NCBI GenBank assembly: GCA_963707955.1
Contig: OY970176.1
Span: 1,792,001 to 1,856,000 of the forward strand
DNA length: 64,000 nt
Source: Candidatus Bathyarchaeota archaeon
GTDB lineage: Archaea; Thermoproteota; Bathyarchaeia; Bathyarchaeales; Bathycorpusculaceae
Reading direction: 5' to 3'
A model generated the notes under the pieces. The model saw only the letters and a program-made list of their open reading frames with translations, ran no database searches and was not told the origin of the DNA. The translations under genes were made by a program, and so were the position numbers. This document shows positions 42,151-51,580 of this stretch, one piece after another (the stretch's first letter is position 1; each line of letters starts with the position of its first letter).

Positions 42151-42599
42151 CGTGCTGTGCCAGTTTGGCTAAGTGGGCTCAAAAGAAGTCGCCATGGGTC
42201 CTCCACTTCAACTCTGGCGCCTGCAACGGATGCGACATCGAGGTCGTTGCCCTCCTAACGCCAAGGTATGACGTGGAACGATTTGGAATTCTTCTTGAGC
42301 CCTCGCCAAGACACGCTGACGTTCTGCTAGTCACAGGTGTGGTCACCAACCAAGTTGCAGACAGGCTAAAGCGCATCTATGAACAGATGCCCAGCCCGAA
42401 GTTCGTCGTTGCAATAGGAGCTTGCGCCTGCTCAGGCGGCGTATTCGAGGGCAACTACAACGTAGTCGGCGGAGCAGACAAGATCATTCCGGTAGACGTC
42501 TATATTCCTGGCTGTGCACCGAAACCTGAGGCAATAATTGACGGAATCGTGAAGCTACTCAAAAAGAGGAAGGAGGAAGAAACCAATAACAAACGTTGA
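42147..42599 (+). CDS. nuoB: Group 4 [NiFe]-hydrogenase small subunit (NuoB homolog)
   Basis: SPW, CNGCDIE (CxxC rather than the tandem CC of complex I), PRHAD, GAC and PGCAP motifs. Confidence 0.92.
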   Translation: MTCCASLAKWAQKKSPWVLHFNSGACNGCDIEVVALLTPRYDVERFGILLEPSPRHADVLLVTGVVTNQVADRLKRIYEQMPSPKFVVAIGACACSGGVFEGNYNVVGGADKIIPVDVYIPGCAPKPEAIIDGIVKLLKKRKEEETNNKR

Positions 42600-44175
42600 A
42601 CAAGAGCTTCTGGCAACGCTTACAGAAAAACTCGGAGAAAGAGTGCTCCAGACGCTTCCCATACAACTCGAAAAGATCTCTGTTCGAGTCAACCCAGGCG
42701 TCCACAGAGACGCTCTGAAAATCCTGCTTGACGGAGATGAAACCGCCGGCATATCAGCAATCACAGGTGTGGATCTAGGTGAAACCATCGAAATATTGTA
42801 CCACATCCGTACGCATGGAACCATCGTGACGATCAGGACACAAGTGCGAAAAGAAGATGCTAGAATCAAAAGCATAACCGACATGCTTCCAGGTGCAAAC
42901 TTTCACGAAAAGGAGGTTGCTGACCTCTTTGGCGTAATCTTTGAGGGCCATCCAAACCCGGGAAGATTGATTCTCTCAGAAGACTGGCCGAAGAACCTCT
43001 TTCCCCTCAGAAAAGATGCTCCGATCACAAACATTGAAAGCAAAACAGACAACCTTTCTCTTGAGGAAGAGGATAAACAGTCCTCAGATGAAGGAACTCT
43101 TACAACGATTATTCTTGGGCCACAGCACCCTGCGCTAATCGAGCCAGAGAAGTTCTCCTTGAAAGTCGACGGAGAGATCGTGACAGAAGTCACGCCTCGC
43201 ATCGGTTATGTTCACAGAGGAATCGAAAAAGCCGCAGAGAGCCGCACGTACCTAAAGGATGTCTATTTGGTTGAAAGAATATGCGGAATCTGCAACGCAT
43301 GCCATGCGACATGTTTCTGCCAAACGGTAGAAGCAATAATGGGAACTGAGGTACCTCTCAGGGCAAGATACTTGCGTACCATAGTTCTAGAGCTTAACAG
43401 AATTCAGAGTCACATGCTGTTGTTAGGCCACGCGGGGCTTGAGATCGGTTATGAACCTCTTTTCCAGTACATGTGGCGTGACCGAGAAGTCGCGATGGAC
43501 ATGATGGAATCACTTACCGGTAACAGGGTTATCGCATCGTTTGTTGCCGTTGGAGGGGTAAGGCGAGACCTGAAAGAGGAAAGGATTCCGGAAATCAAGG
43601 CAGGACTGGCAATGTTGAAGGAGAGAATGGGTTTCTACAAGAACCTGCTTGAAAGTGATTCCACTTTGAAAATGCGAACGAAAGACGTTGGAATATTGAA
43701 GAGAGAGGATGCGTTGAAACTTTCTGTTGTTGGCCCCGTGGCACGTGGATCGAACGTGAAAATAGACGTGAGGAAGGACGAACCCTACGCCGCATACGAT
43801 GAGATTCCTTTCAAGATGATAAGTCGCAGTGAAGGTGATTCTTGGGCAAGGCTAGTGGTTCGCCTTGATGAGGTCAACGAAAGCATCGATATACTAACCT
43901 TTGCGCTGGGCAACTTGCCAGGGGGGCCTTACAGAGTGAGAGTTCCTAGAATTGTACCTCCTGGCGAGGCGCTTAGCCGTGTCGAGGCACCAAGAGGCGA
44001 ACTGTTCTATTACGTAAAAAGCAACGGCACAGCCTACCCTGAGCGTGTCAAGATGCGTACTCCAACATTCGCGAACATATCATCTTTCGTTCAGATCGCA
44101 AGAGGCGGCAACATAGCCGATGTGCCCGCAAGTTTCGTGAGTCTTGACCCTTGTTTTTCATGCACAGATAGATAA
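42586..44175 (+). CDS. Fused NuoC-like / group 4 [NiFe]-hydrogenase large subunit (NuoD homolog)
   Basis: C part: E.EVADLFGV.FEGHP and FPLRKD. D part: GPQHP, GYVHRGIEK, ERICGIC, EAPRGE and DPCFSCTDR. Start ATA at 42586 or GTG at 42643. Confidence 0.92.
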   Translation: MTNVEQELLATLTEKLGERVLQTLPIQLEKISVRVNPGVHRDALKILLDGDETAGISAITGVDLGETIEILYHIRTHGTIVTIRTQVRKEDARIKSITDMLPGANFHEKEVADLFGVIFEGHPNPGRLILSEDWPKNLFPLRKDAPITNIESKTDNLSLEEEDKQSSDEGTLTTIILGPQHPALIEPEKFSLKVDGEIVTEVTPRIGYVHRGIEKAAESRTYLKDVYLVERICGICNACHATCFCQTVEAIMGTEVPLRARYLRTIVLELNRIQSHMLLLGHAGLEIGYEPLFQYMWRDREVAMDMMESLTGNRVIASFVAVGGVRRDLKEERIPEIKAGLAMLKERMGFYKNLLESDSTLKMRTKDVGILKREDALKLSVVGPVARGSNVKIDVRKDEPYAAYDEIPFKMISRSEGDSWARLVVRLDEVNESIDILTFALGNLPGGPYRVRVPRIVPPGEALSRVEAPRGELFYYVKSNGTAYPERVKMRTPTFANISSFVQIARGGNIADVPASFVSLDPCFSCTDR

Positions 44176-44187
44176 TGAGGCGAAAGC

Positions 44188-45176
44188 ATGAGTCTAGATT
44201 TCACTTTCTTCTTCCGCGTGCTGATTTTTCCAGGCTTCTCATTTATCCTCTTTCTCACATTTCTGTGCGACTGGATTGAACGAAAAATAGAGGCAAGAAT
44301 GCAGAACAGAATCGGCCCAACTTACACTGGTCCTGCTGGCATTCTACAGCCCTTCGCCGACTTCGTGAAGTTGCTTACAAAAGAAGACATGGTTCCCCGC
44401 GACGCAAGAAGCATCGTTTTCAAGCTTTCCCCGATCCTTTCTTTCTCAACGTTTGTCCTTGCCATGTTTTTCTTGCCTATTGATGGTTCGAACGTGATTC
44501 TCAATTCGAGTTTTCAAGGTGACTTGATCTTCGTCTTAGCCCTGGTATCCATTGCCAATTTCTTCCTTTTTCTCTCAGGCTGGTCCTCACGTAACCCCTA
44601 CAGCGAAATTGGCGCAACTAGAGTTTTGACCCAGTTTCTTGGCTATGACATACCTCTTTCAATTCTTGCCTTCAGCCCTGCTGTTCTTGCAAGCGGCCTA
44701 AGTATCTCAACAATAGCAGCCAGTCAGCGTTTTCCATTTGCTCTTTTGGTTCCATGGTCTTTTGCACTGTTTATTATCACTCTTCAAGCCGAGTTGGAGA
44801 AAGACCCATTTGATGTTCCTCATGCCGAGACTGAGATAGTAGGTGGATACGAGACGGAATACAGCGGTCGGCGATTGGCTTTACTTAAGCTCTCTAAAGA
44901 TGTACAAATCGTTCTTGGCGCTGCCATCGTAGTAGAACTGTTCTTAGCCGGTCCATATGGACCAGTTTTCTTGGCCCCCCAGGACTCTGGTATACGCTAT
45001 GGTTTATTCTCAAGGTTTTCCTTATTGTCATAATCACTGAGTACCTGACGTGCGTTTTTGCGAGACTGCGCATCGATCAAGTATTGGACATCAACTGGCG
45101 AACGCTAGTGCCGCTCTCGATTCTGTCACTTATTGCCACGGTTGGAGTCGCGTTCTGGCTTAACTTGAGGATCTGA
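44188..45176 (+). CDS. nuoH: NuoH/HycD homolog (one base missing near 44971)
   Basis: ERKIEARMQNRIGP, QPFADFVKL and PFD.PHAETEIVGGY.TEYSG; the corrected frame continues RLRIDQ..W to a stop at 45176. Confidence 0.9.
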
Positions 45177-45182
45177 TGAAAA

Positions 45183-45566
45183 ATGGCTAAGAAAAGAAAG
45201 TTGTCGCCGATGTTGAAAGAAGTGATTGCCCAGATTTTCACAAAGCCTGCCACTCAGAAATATCCAGCAGTCAGGCCGAAAATTCCTGAAGGCTTTCGTG
45301 GCAAACAGATATTTGACATAAACCTCTGCATAAGTTGCGGCTTATGCGCTAGCGACTGCCCAGCGAAGGCCATCGAAATGGTGGATGTGGAGGGTAAGAA
45401 AAGGCCTCTGTTTCATCTTGATCGTTGTGTTTTCTGCTATCAATGTGCTGAAGGCTGCCCGAGAAACGCGATAAAAGAAACAGGATTCTTCGAACTTGCC
45501 TCAACCAGTAAGTGTGACCTGGTAATAAGACCTGAAACAGACCACAAAAATGGGGGCGAGAAGTAA
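45183..45566 (+). CDS. nuoI: 2[4Fe-4S] subunit (NuoI homolog)
   Basis: T.KYP..FRG, CISCGLCASDCP and CVFCYQCAEGCP motifs. Confidence 0.92.
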   Translation: MAKKRKLSPMLKEVIAQIFTKPATQKYPAVRPKIPEGFRGKQIFDINLCISCGLCASDCPAKAIEMVDVEGKKRPLFHLDRCVFCYQCAEGCPRNAIKETGFFELASTSKCDLVIRPETDHKNGGEK

Positions 45567-46032
45567 GACGATCCTAGAAATACTCGCAATCGCATTGGTC
45601 GTCTCAGCTCTTCTAGCAGTTATTCTTGACGACGCTGTATACTCGGTTGCTTCTCTAGCGATAACCCTCATGCTGGTGGCGATTCTATACTCTTTAAATG
45701 ACGCTAGCTTCGCAGCCGTTTTCCAGTTGGGCATAAGCATCGGAACATTAGCAGTCCTCTTCCTGTCAGGTGAGACTCTAAGCGAGAAAACGAAAGAGAG
45801 AAAGCCCTTAAGAAAAGCATTTCTCGCCACAATAGCAGGAATACTGCTCTCAGTTCCGTCCTTTCTGTTTTCAGTTGGCGCCCCCTCGAGCACCACTTCT
45901 TCCGATGTCTCATTTCCAGAAGCTTTGTGGAACTTGAGAGCAATAGACATTGTCTTGCAGGGCTTAGTAATACTGACCGTGGCCTTGGGCATTGCCATAG
46001 TTTTACGGACAAAGAAGGATAGAAGTAGATGA
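45550..46032 (+). CDS. nuoJ: NuoJ homolog
   Basis: Five TM helices, VYSV.SL, A..QL...G...VL and LW..R..D motifs. Confidence 0.8.
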   Translation: MGARSKTILEILAIALVVSALLAVILDDAVYSVASLAITLMLVAILYSLNDASFAAVFQLGISIGTLAVLFLSGETLSEKTKERKPLRKAFLATIAGILLSVPSFLFSVGAPSSTTSSDVSFPEALWNLRAIDIVLQGLVILTVALGIAIVLRTKKDRSR

Positions 46033-46376
46033 TTGACTACGTTGTCTTATCTATGACTCTGCTGGCAATCGGCATTTACGGCCTAGTGACTAGGCGTCAT
46101 ATTCTAAAGATCCTTGTATCGATTGAGCTGATCGCAACCGCAGCATCGATGAATTTCATCTTGCTCGCCTCCTCGTTGAACAGAGCATTGGGAGAAGCTT
46201 TCCTAATACTTGCCTTCTCTACAGACACATGTGTAACAGGCGTCGTCCTAGCATTATTGATTCTAATAGCCAAGAAATACGGGACGGCCGACATAAGAAA
46301 ACTGGCCGAACTGGAGTGGCTGGAAAAAACCGAAGAAGAAAAAGGCAACAGTGAAGCAAGCGAGGATGATGCTTAG
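46029..46376 (+). CDS. nuoK: NuoK homolog
   Basis: IGIYGL..RR..LKILVSIEL; three TM helices. Confidence 0.85.
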   Translation: MIDYVVLSMTLLAIGIYGLVTRRHILKILVSIELIATAASMNFILLASSLNRALGEAFLILAFSTDTCVTGVVLALLILIAKKYGTADIRKLAELEWLEKTEEEKGNSEASEDDA

Positions 46377-48332
46377 TTGCTCCCATTCACGCCTTGGCTT
46401 GTATGGATAATTCCGATTTTTTCCAGCTTGTTAGTTCCGCTCATCAGCCGTTTTGGCGGAAAGGCGAGAAACTACTATGCAGTTATGGTAAGCTTAGTCA
46501 CGACCATTTTCGCTCTGTCTATGATCCCTGACATCTACTTTGGCACTTTGAGCAGTCCAGAATCAACTGTGGCGTGGATTCCTTCGCTGGGTGTCAGTGC
46601 AGGAGTGCGCGTGGACCCACTTAGCGTTTTCTTCGCTTGTCTAATTGCTTTCTTCAGCTTCATAGTAATCCTCTATTCCGTAGGTTACATGGCGGGAGAA
46701 GAGGGCTTGGGCAGATACTATTTTTTCATGCTCCTCTTCATAGGTTCAATGATAGGACTTGTCATGTCGGACAACTTCCTCCAGATGTTCATCTTCTGGG
46801 AAGTAGTAGGGCTCTGCTCGTATTCGCTGGTTACATTTTGGTACAAACGCCCAGAGACCGTTCGTGCAGGGGTCAAAGTCTTCCTCATAACTCGCATAGG
46901 TGACGTTTGCCTACTAGCCGCTATTGCGCTTCTTTACGCCAGCTTAGGCTCATTTTCCTTCTCCTACACGATCGCTCATATAGGAACCGTGCCAATGCCG
47001 ATTCTAACTGCCGTTGCGTTTCTGATGCTTGGCGGGGCAATCGCAAAATCAGCTCAGCTTCCTTTGCACACGTGGCTGTATGATGCTATGGAGGCTCCCA
47101 CCTCAGTCAGCGCTCTCCTGCACGGCGCAACTATGGTGAAGGCGGGAGTCTACCTCATCGCTAGACTATTTACGTTGTTTGGCCCACTGATTTCTTTGAT
47201 CCCTCTGTGGCTTTTTTCTATGGCTTGGATCGGAGCTATTACTGCATTCGTCGGTGCCACGTTGGCATTGTACACTCCTGACATAAAGGGAGTGCCTGCT
47301 TACTCAACTGTTAGTCAAATAGGATTCATGATGGCAGCGTTGGGCACTGCTTCGTCTCCTGCTTCAGAAGGTTGGTTTGCAGGTCTGTTTCACCTGATAA
47401 GCCATGCTTTCTTTCAGGGCCTTGGTTTCCTTGCCATAGGCGGAATAGTTCTCACGATTGGAACACGTGACATGCGACAGATGGGTGGACTACGAAAAGC
47501 CATGCCGATAACTTTTGCACTCTGCCTTATTGTCTTGTTCGCTCGCACCGGAGTGCCTCCGTTTGCAAGTTTTTTCAGCAAGGGCCTGATAGTAAGCAGT
47601 CTCTGGTCGACTGGCGATTTCCCACTTGTGCTCACGGTCTATGCCGCCGTCGCAGTCACTTTTGCTTACACTTTGCGATTCATTATACTCACTTTCCTGC
47701 GGCAACCATCGGAATACGTGAAGCAAAGCCATCCACATGAACCGCCAAAGATAATGCTTTTTGCTTCAGGCATACTCGCCGTTCTGTGCTTCGTTTGGGG
47801 TTTCCTCGCGAATTCAATTGCCACGTTCATGCACGTTAGCGTGCGAATCGGGTTAAGTGAAGTATTTAGTTCATCAACACTGATTTTCATGCTTGTTCTC
47901 CTCATCGGGGGTGTTCCCGTGTACATCTTCTATTACCGTAAATCTAGACTAACGGAGATAGTTTCAAACAGCTTGACTCCATTGAAAGCAGTTTTGGAGC
48001 ATGGCTATTTCTTCGATGATTTCTATGAGAAAGTTGTTGCCAGAGGAATCATGAGAGTTACTGAAGGCCTTGGATATGTTGAGAAAACAGTCTTTACTCC
48101 CTTGCCCTATTTTCTTGCAAATGGAGTAATGACCCTAGCTCGTGGCACTCATAAGTATTTTGACATTCTTGTGGACAAAATGCTATACGCTGTAGCAGAC
48201 AAAACGATGTCTTCCGCCTCAAAAATCCGAAAAACACACAATGAATCTTTACAACGTTACATAGTAGCAGCATTACTCGGTTTTCTGGTACTCCTGATAA
48301 TAGTAATAGTGACGGTGTTGAAGTTGTGGTAA
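46377..48332 (+). CDS. nuoL: Antiporter-like subunit L (NuoL/MrpA homolog) with extended lateral helix
   Basis: DPLS, FWEVVG, RIGD, KSAQ.PLH.WL.DAMEAPT.VSALLH, HAFF and FFSK motifs; C-terminal amphipathic helix plus TM. Confidence 0.92.
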   Translation: MLPFTPWLVWIIPIFSSLLVPLISRFGGKARNYYAVMVSLVTTIFALSMIPDIYFGTLSSPESTVAWIPSLGVSAGVRVDPLSVFFACLIAFFSFIVILYSVGYMAGEEGLGRYYFFMLLFIGSMIGLVMSDNFLQMFIFWEVVGLCSYSLVTFWYKRPETVRAGVKVFLITRIGDVCLLAAIALLYASLGSFSFSYTIAHIGTVPMPILTAVAFLMLGGAIAKSAQLPLHTWLYDAMEAPTSVSALLHGATMVKAGVYLIARLFTLFGPLISLIPLWLFSMAWIGAITAFVGATLALYTPDIKGVPAYSTVSQIGFMMAALGTASSPASEGWFAGLFHLISHAFFQGLGFLAIGGIVLTIGTRDMRQMGGLRKAMPITFALCLIVLFARTGVPPFASFFSKGLIVSSLWSTGDFPLVLTVYAAVAVTFAYTLRFIILTFLRQPSEYVKQSHPHEPPKIMLFASGILAVLCFVWGFLANSIATFMHVSVRIGLSEVFSSSTLIFMLVLLIGGVPVYIFYYRKSRLTEIVSNSLTPLKAVLEHGYFFDDFYEKVVARGIMRVTEGLGYVEKTVFTPLPYFLANGVMTLARGTHKYFDILVDKMLYAVADKTMSSASKIRKTHNESLQRYIVAALLGFLVLLIIVIVTVLKLW

Positions 48333-48333
48333 C

Positions 48334-49833
48334 ATGATTCAAGATACACTCTTGTTGACACTGCTCCTCCCTGCATTCGCGGTCCCAGTTGTTTACTTAA
48401 CAGGAAAGAGATCTCCAAAGGCAGCAGCGATTCTTCTTGCTTTGATAGCCCTAACTGACATCGCGTTGCTCTTGTCAACTGTGCCTACTATTCTTGATCC
48501 CACAACTGGGCACAAGTACGTTGAATCTTACTCCTGGATTCCAGTTCTCAATTCCTCTTTAACCCTTTTTGTTGACGGCGTAAGCTTATCGATGGCAATC
48601 GTAACTCTGGTGCTTATTCTAACAGCGTCCCTGTTCTCAATCGATTATATGCAAGAAAAGAAAGGCCTTGCTGAGTATTATGGGCTTTTGACGTTGCTAT
48701 TCGTAGGTCTCGTCGGTGTTTTCATAACATCGAATCTCATGCTCTTCTACTTCTGCTGGGAATTGATGCTTATCCCGACATTCTTCATAATCGGTGGGTG
48801 GGGCTACAAAGAGCCGTACAAAGCAGCATTCAAGTTTTTCATATTCACCCACGCAGGTGCCGTCTTCGTCCTCCTCGGCATAGGTGGCATCTTCATGGCC
48901 ACGGGCAGTCTGGACATGTTTCAGGCACAAGCAGCTTTGATGACAGGGCATTCGGATATTGTTAGGTGGATTTTGCTGTCTCTTACCGCTGGCTTCGCCG
49001 TGAAAATGGCCGTCGTGCCAGTTCACATGTGGCTACCAGACGCGTACTCTGAGGCACCAGCACCGATGTCTGCCCTTCTCAGCGGAGCAATCACCGGGGC
49101 CGGAACCTACGCGATGCTCAGAGTGGCGCTAGGAACAGTGTTCCCAGCAATTATGTCTACTACTTTCGGCACCGAATTTCTGCATGGTTTGGCATTGTTC
49201 GGAGTCACATCTGCCCTATTCGGTGCCTTGATTTCCACGCTAGAAAACGACATAAAGAGGATAATATCATATTCGAGCATATCACACATGGGATACGTCC
49301 TTTTCGGATTTTCCCTATTTTCTTCCCCAATAGCAATAGCGGGAGCAGTTCTGCATCTTGTGAATCATGCCATAAGCAAAGGATTGTTTTTCCTGTCTTC
49401 CGGGGCGGTGACAAAGCAGGTTGAAACTCGAGACATACGGGAAATGGGAGGACTCGCAGGACAGATGCCAATAACAGCGACATGTTCAACCACAGCAGCA
49501 TTAAGTATCGCAGGAATACCACCGTTCGCATGCTTCATAAGCGAACTCCTAATATTCGTTGGGGCCTTCCAGACAATCATCAGCGACGGTTTCTACCTTT
49601 TGCCGACGGCCTTGATGTTGATAGCCACTGTCTTATCACTTGCTTACGTCTTGAGATACCTAAGTCATGTCTTCTTTGGTCCTGTCAAATCCGAAAAAGT
49701 GAAAGAAGCCCCGTTTTTCATGAATTTCGCGATGATTATCCTGGTTGTACTTGTCATAATCTTAGGCGTATGGCCGTCATTCTTCCTTAATCTCATCAAC
49801 ACGTTTAAAGTTGCTTTAATTGGGGGAATCTAA
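48334..49833 (+). CDS. nuoM: Antiporter-like subunit M, copy 1 (NuoM homolog)
   Basis: VDG.S, FCWELMLIP, AVKM..VP.HMWLPDA, YSSISHMG and FISE motifs. Confidence 0.9.
   Translation: MIQDTLLLTLLLPAFAVPVVYLTGKRSPKAAAILLALIALTDIALLLSTVPTILDPTTGHKYVESYSWIPVLNSSLTLFVDGVSLSMAIVTLVLILTASLFSIDYMQEKKGLAEYYGLLTLLFVGLVGVFITSNLMLFYFCWELMLIPTFFIIGGWGYKEPYKAAFKFFIFTHAGAVFVLLGIGGIFMATGSLDMFQAQAALMTGHSDIVRWILLSLTAGFAVKMAVVPVHMWLPDAYSEAPAPMSALLSGAITGAGTYAMLRVALGTVFPAIMSTTFGTEFLHGLALFGVTSALFGALISTLENDIKRIISYSSISHMGYVLFGFSLFSSPIAIAGAVLHLVNHAISKGLFFLSSGAVTKQVETRDIREMGGLAGQMPITATCSTTAALSIAGIPPFACFISELLIFVGAFQTIISDGFYLLPTALMLIATVLSLAYVLRYLSHVFFGPVKSEKVKEAPFFMNFAMIILVVLVIILGVWPSFFLNLINTFKVALIGGI
48783..49079 (+). 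repeat. Near-identical ~300-bp segment shared by the two nuoM copies (partner 50512-50808)
   Basis: Direct alignment by eye shows only a few mismatches, mostly clustered, in a segment flanked by clearly diverged sequence. Confidence 0.85.
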
Positions 49834-50057
49834 TGATATACATATCAGGCAGAGACCTACCAGTAATATGCAGTGCCCTGTTCTTTTTCCCCAGAAATCC
49901 AGTTGTTAACTGGCTCGTCAAGAGGAAAGACAAAACAACGCTGTCAAAAGCAATCGAGTGTTATGAAGAATCTCTCCTTAATCATTCTTCACCGCGCACT
50001 TGCCATGTAAGGCCTTTACCGTCCGCCAGAGCATTTCGGAAGCTGCACGCGAAGTGA
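49833..50057 (+). CDS. Possible small ORF between the two nuoM copies
   Basis: TAATG coupling to the M1 stop; ends within the SD of M2; no recognised family. Confidence 0.35.
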   Translation: MIYISGRDLPVICSALFFFPRNPVVNWLVKRKDKTTLSKAIECYEESLLNHSSPRTCHVRPLPSARAFRKLHAK

Positions 50058-50068
50058 GGTGATAGCAG

Positions 50069-51568
50069 ATGCAAGGCACGCTGTTGTTAACGTTGATGTT
50101 GCCTACGCTAGCTGTCCCATTCGTTTACTTGACTGGCAGAAAAAGTCCAAAAGCAGCTGCAGTTCTGATCGCCCTAATTGCTTTAGCCGACATCCTATTA
50201 CTCTCTACAATTATCCCGACAATTCTTGGAGGTGCACAGCACAAATACGTCGAGTCCTATCAATGGATTCCAGTTCTCAATTCCTCTTTAACCCTTTTTG
50301 TTGACGGGGTTAGTTTATCGTTGGCAATCGTAACGTTGGTACTTATTCTGACCGCTGCGCTCTTCTCAGTCAACTACATGCAGGAAAGAAAGGGGCTCGC
50401 CGAGTACTATGCTCTTTTGACGTTGCTATTCATAGGTCTCCTCGGTGTTTTCATCACGTCAAACCTCCTGCTCTTCTACTTCTGCTGGGAATTGATGCTT
50501 ATCCCAGCATACTTCATAATCGGTGGGTGGGGCTACAAAGAGCCGTACAAAGCAGCATTTAAGTTTTTCATATTCACCCACGCAGGTGCCGTCTTCGTCC
50601 TCCTCGGCATAGGTGGCATCTTCATGGCCACGGGCAGTCTGGACATGTTTCAGGCACAAGCAGCTTTGATGACGACACATTCGGATATTGTTAGGTGGAT
50701 TTTGCTGTCTCTTACCGCTGGCTTCGCCGTGAAAATGGCCGTCGTGCCAGTTCACATGTGGCTTCCGGACGCTCATTCTGAGGCACCAGCACCGATGTCT
50801 GCCCTTCTAAGCGGCGTGATAATCGGAGCAGGGGTTTATGCTATTTTTCGTGTGTCCCTAGGGACTGTGTTCCCTGCGGTCATGGGAACCGATTTTGGTG
50901 CTGAGTTCATGCACGGTTTGGCAGTGTTCGGAGTCCTATCCGCTTTTTTCGGTTCCTTCATTGCGTTGGTGGAAAATGACATCAAACGGATTATAGCTTA
51001 TTCGAGCATATCACACATGGGGTATGTTCTTTTTGGGCTTTCTATGATGTTTTCAGGTAACCCTCCGCAACTGATCCAGGTTGTGATGGCGGGAACAATT
51101 TTACATCTCATAAATCACGCAGTAAGCAAGGGTCTGTTCTTCTTGTCGGGCGGGTCAATCATGAAGCAGCTCGACATTCGAGACATTCGTGAAATGGGCG
51201 GGCTCGCTGGGGAGATGCCTACAACAGCAACCTGTTCGACCATAGCCGCATTAAGCATCGCTGGTGCGCCTCCTTTTGCATGTTTCATCAGTGAATTTCT
51301 ACTATTCGTCGGCGCGTTTCAAGTGATCAGCAGAGATGGTTTCTACCTTTTGCCAACTGCTTTCATGTTAGTGGCTACGGTCTTGTCGCTTGCTTATGCT
51401 TTGAGATACGTTAGCCACGTGTTCTTGGGACCGACAAAGTATAAGGATGCCAAGGAATCGCCGTTTTTCATGAAGTTCGCGATGCTGATCTTGGCTGCGC
51501 TTGTCATAGTTCTCGGCGTATGGCCCACTTTTTTCCTTGACCTTATTAACACGCTGAGGTTTGTTTAG
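50069..51568 (+). CDS. nuoM: Antiporter-like subunit M, copy 2 (NuoM homolog)
   Basis: Same motifs as copy 1 but WLPDAHSEAP; GAGGTGAT SD. Confidence 0.9.
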   Translation: MQGTLLLTLMLPTLAVPFVYLTGRKSPKAAAVLIALIALADILLLSTIIPTILGGAQHKYVESYQWIPVLNSSLTLFVDGVSLSLAIVTLVLILTAALFSVNYMQERKGLAEYYALLTLLFIGLLGVFITSNLLLFYFCWELMLIPAYFIIGGWGYKEPYKAAFKFFIFTHAGAVFVLLGIGGIFMATGSLDMFQAQAALMTTHSDIVRWILLSLTAGFAVKMAVVPVHMWLPDAHSEAPAPMSALLSGVIIGAGVYAIFRVSLGTVFPAVMGTDFGAEFMHGLAVFGVLSAFFGSFIALVENDIKRIIAYSSISHMGYVLFGLSMMFSGNPPQLIQVVMAGTILHLINHAVSKGLFFLSGGSIMKQLDIRDIREMGGLAGEMPTTATCSTIAALSIAGAPPFACFISEFLLFVGAFQVISRDGFYLLPTAFMLVATVLSLAYALRYVSHVFLGPTKYKDAKESPFFMKFAMLILAALVIVLGVWPTFFLDLINTLRFV

Positions 51569-51580
51569 GAAGGAAAGCAT

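Noticed and set aside
48334-51568. nuoM duplication as a pure assembly artefact
   Set aside because: The copies differ at many synonymous and non-synonymous sites and by indels outside the central tract, and the L helix is lengthened accordingly
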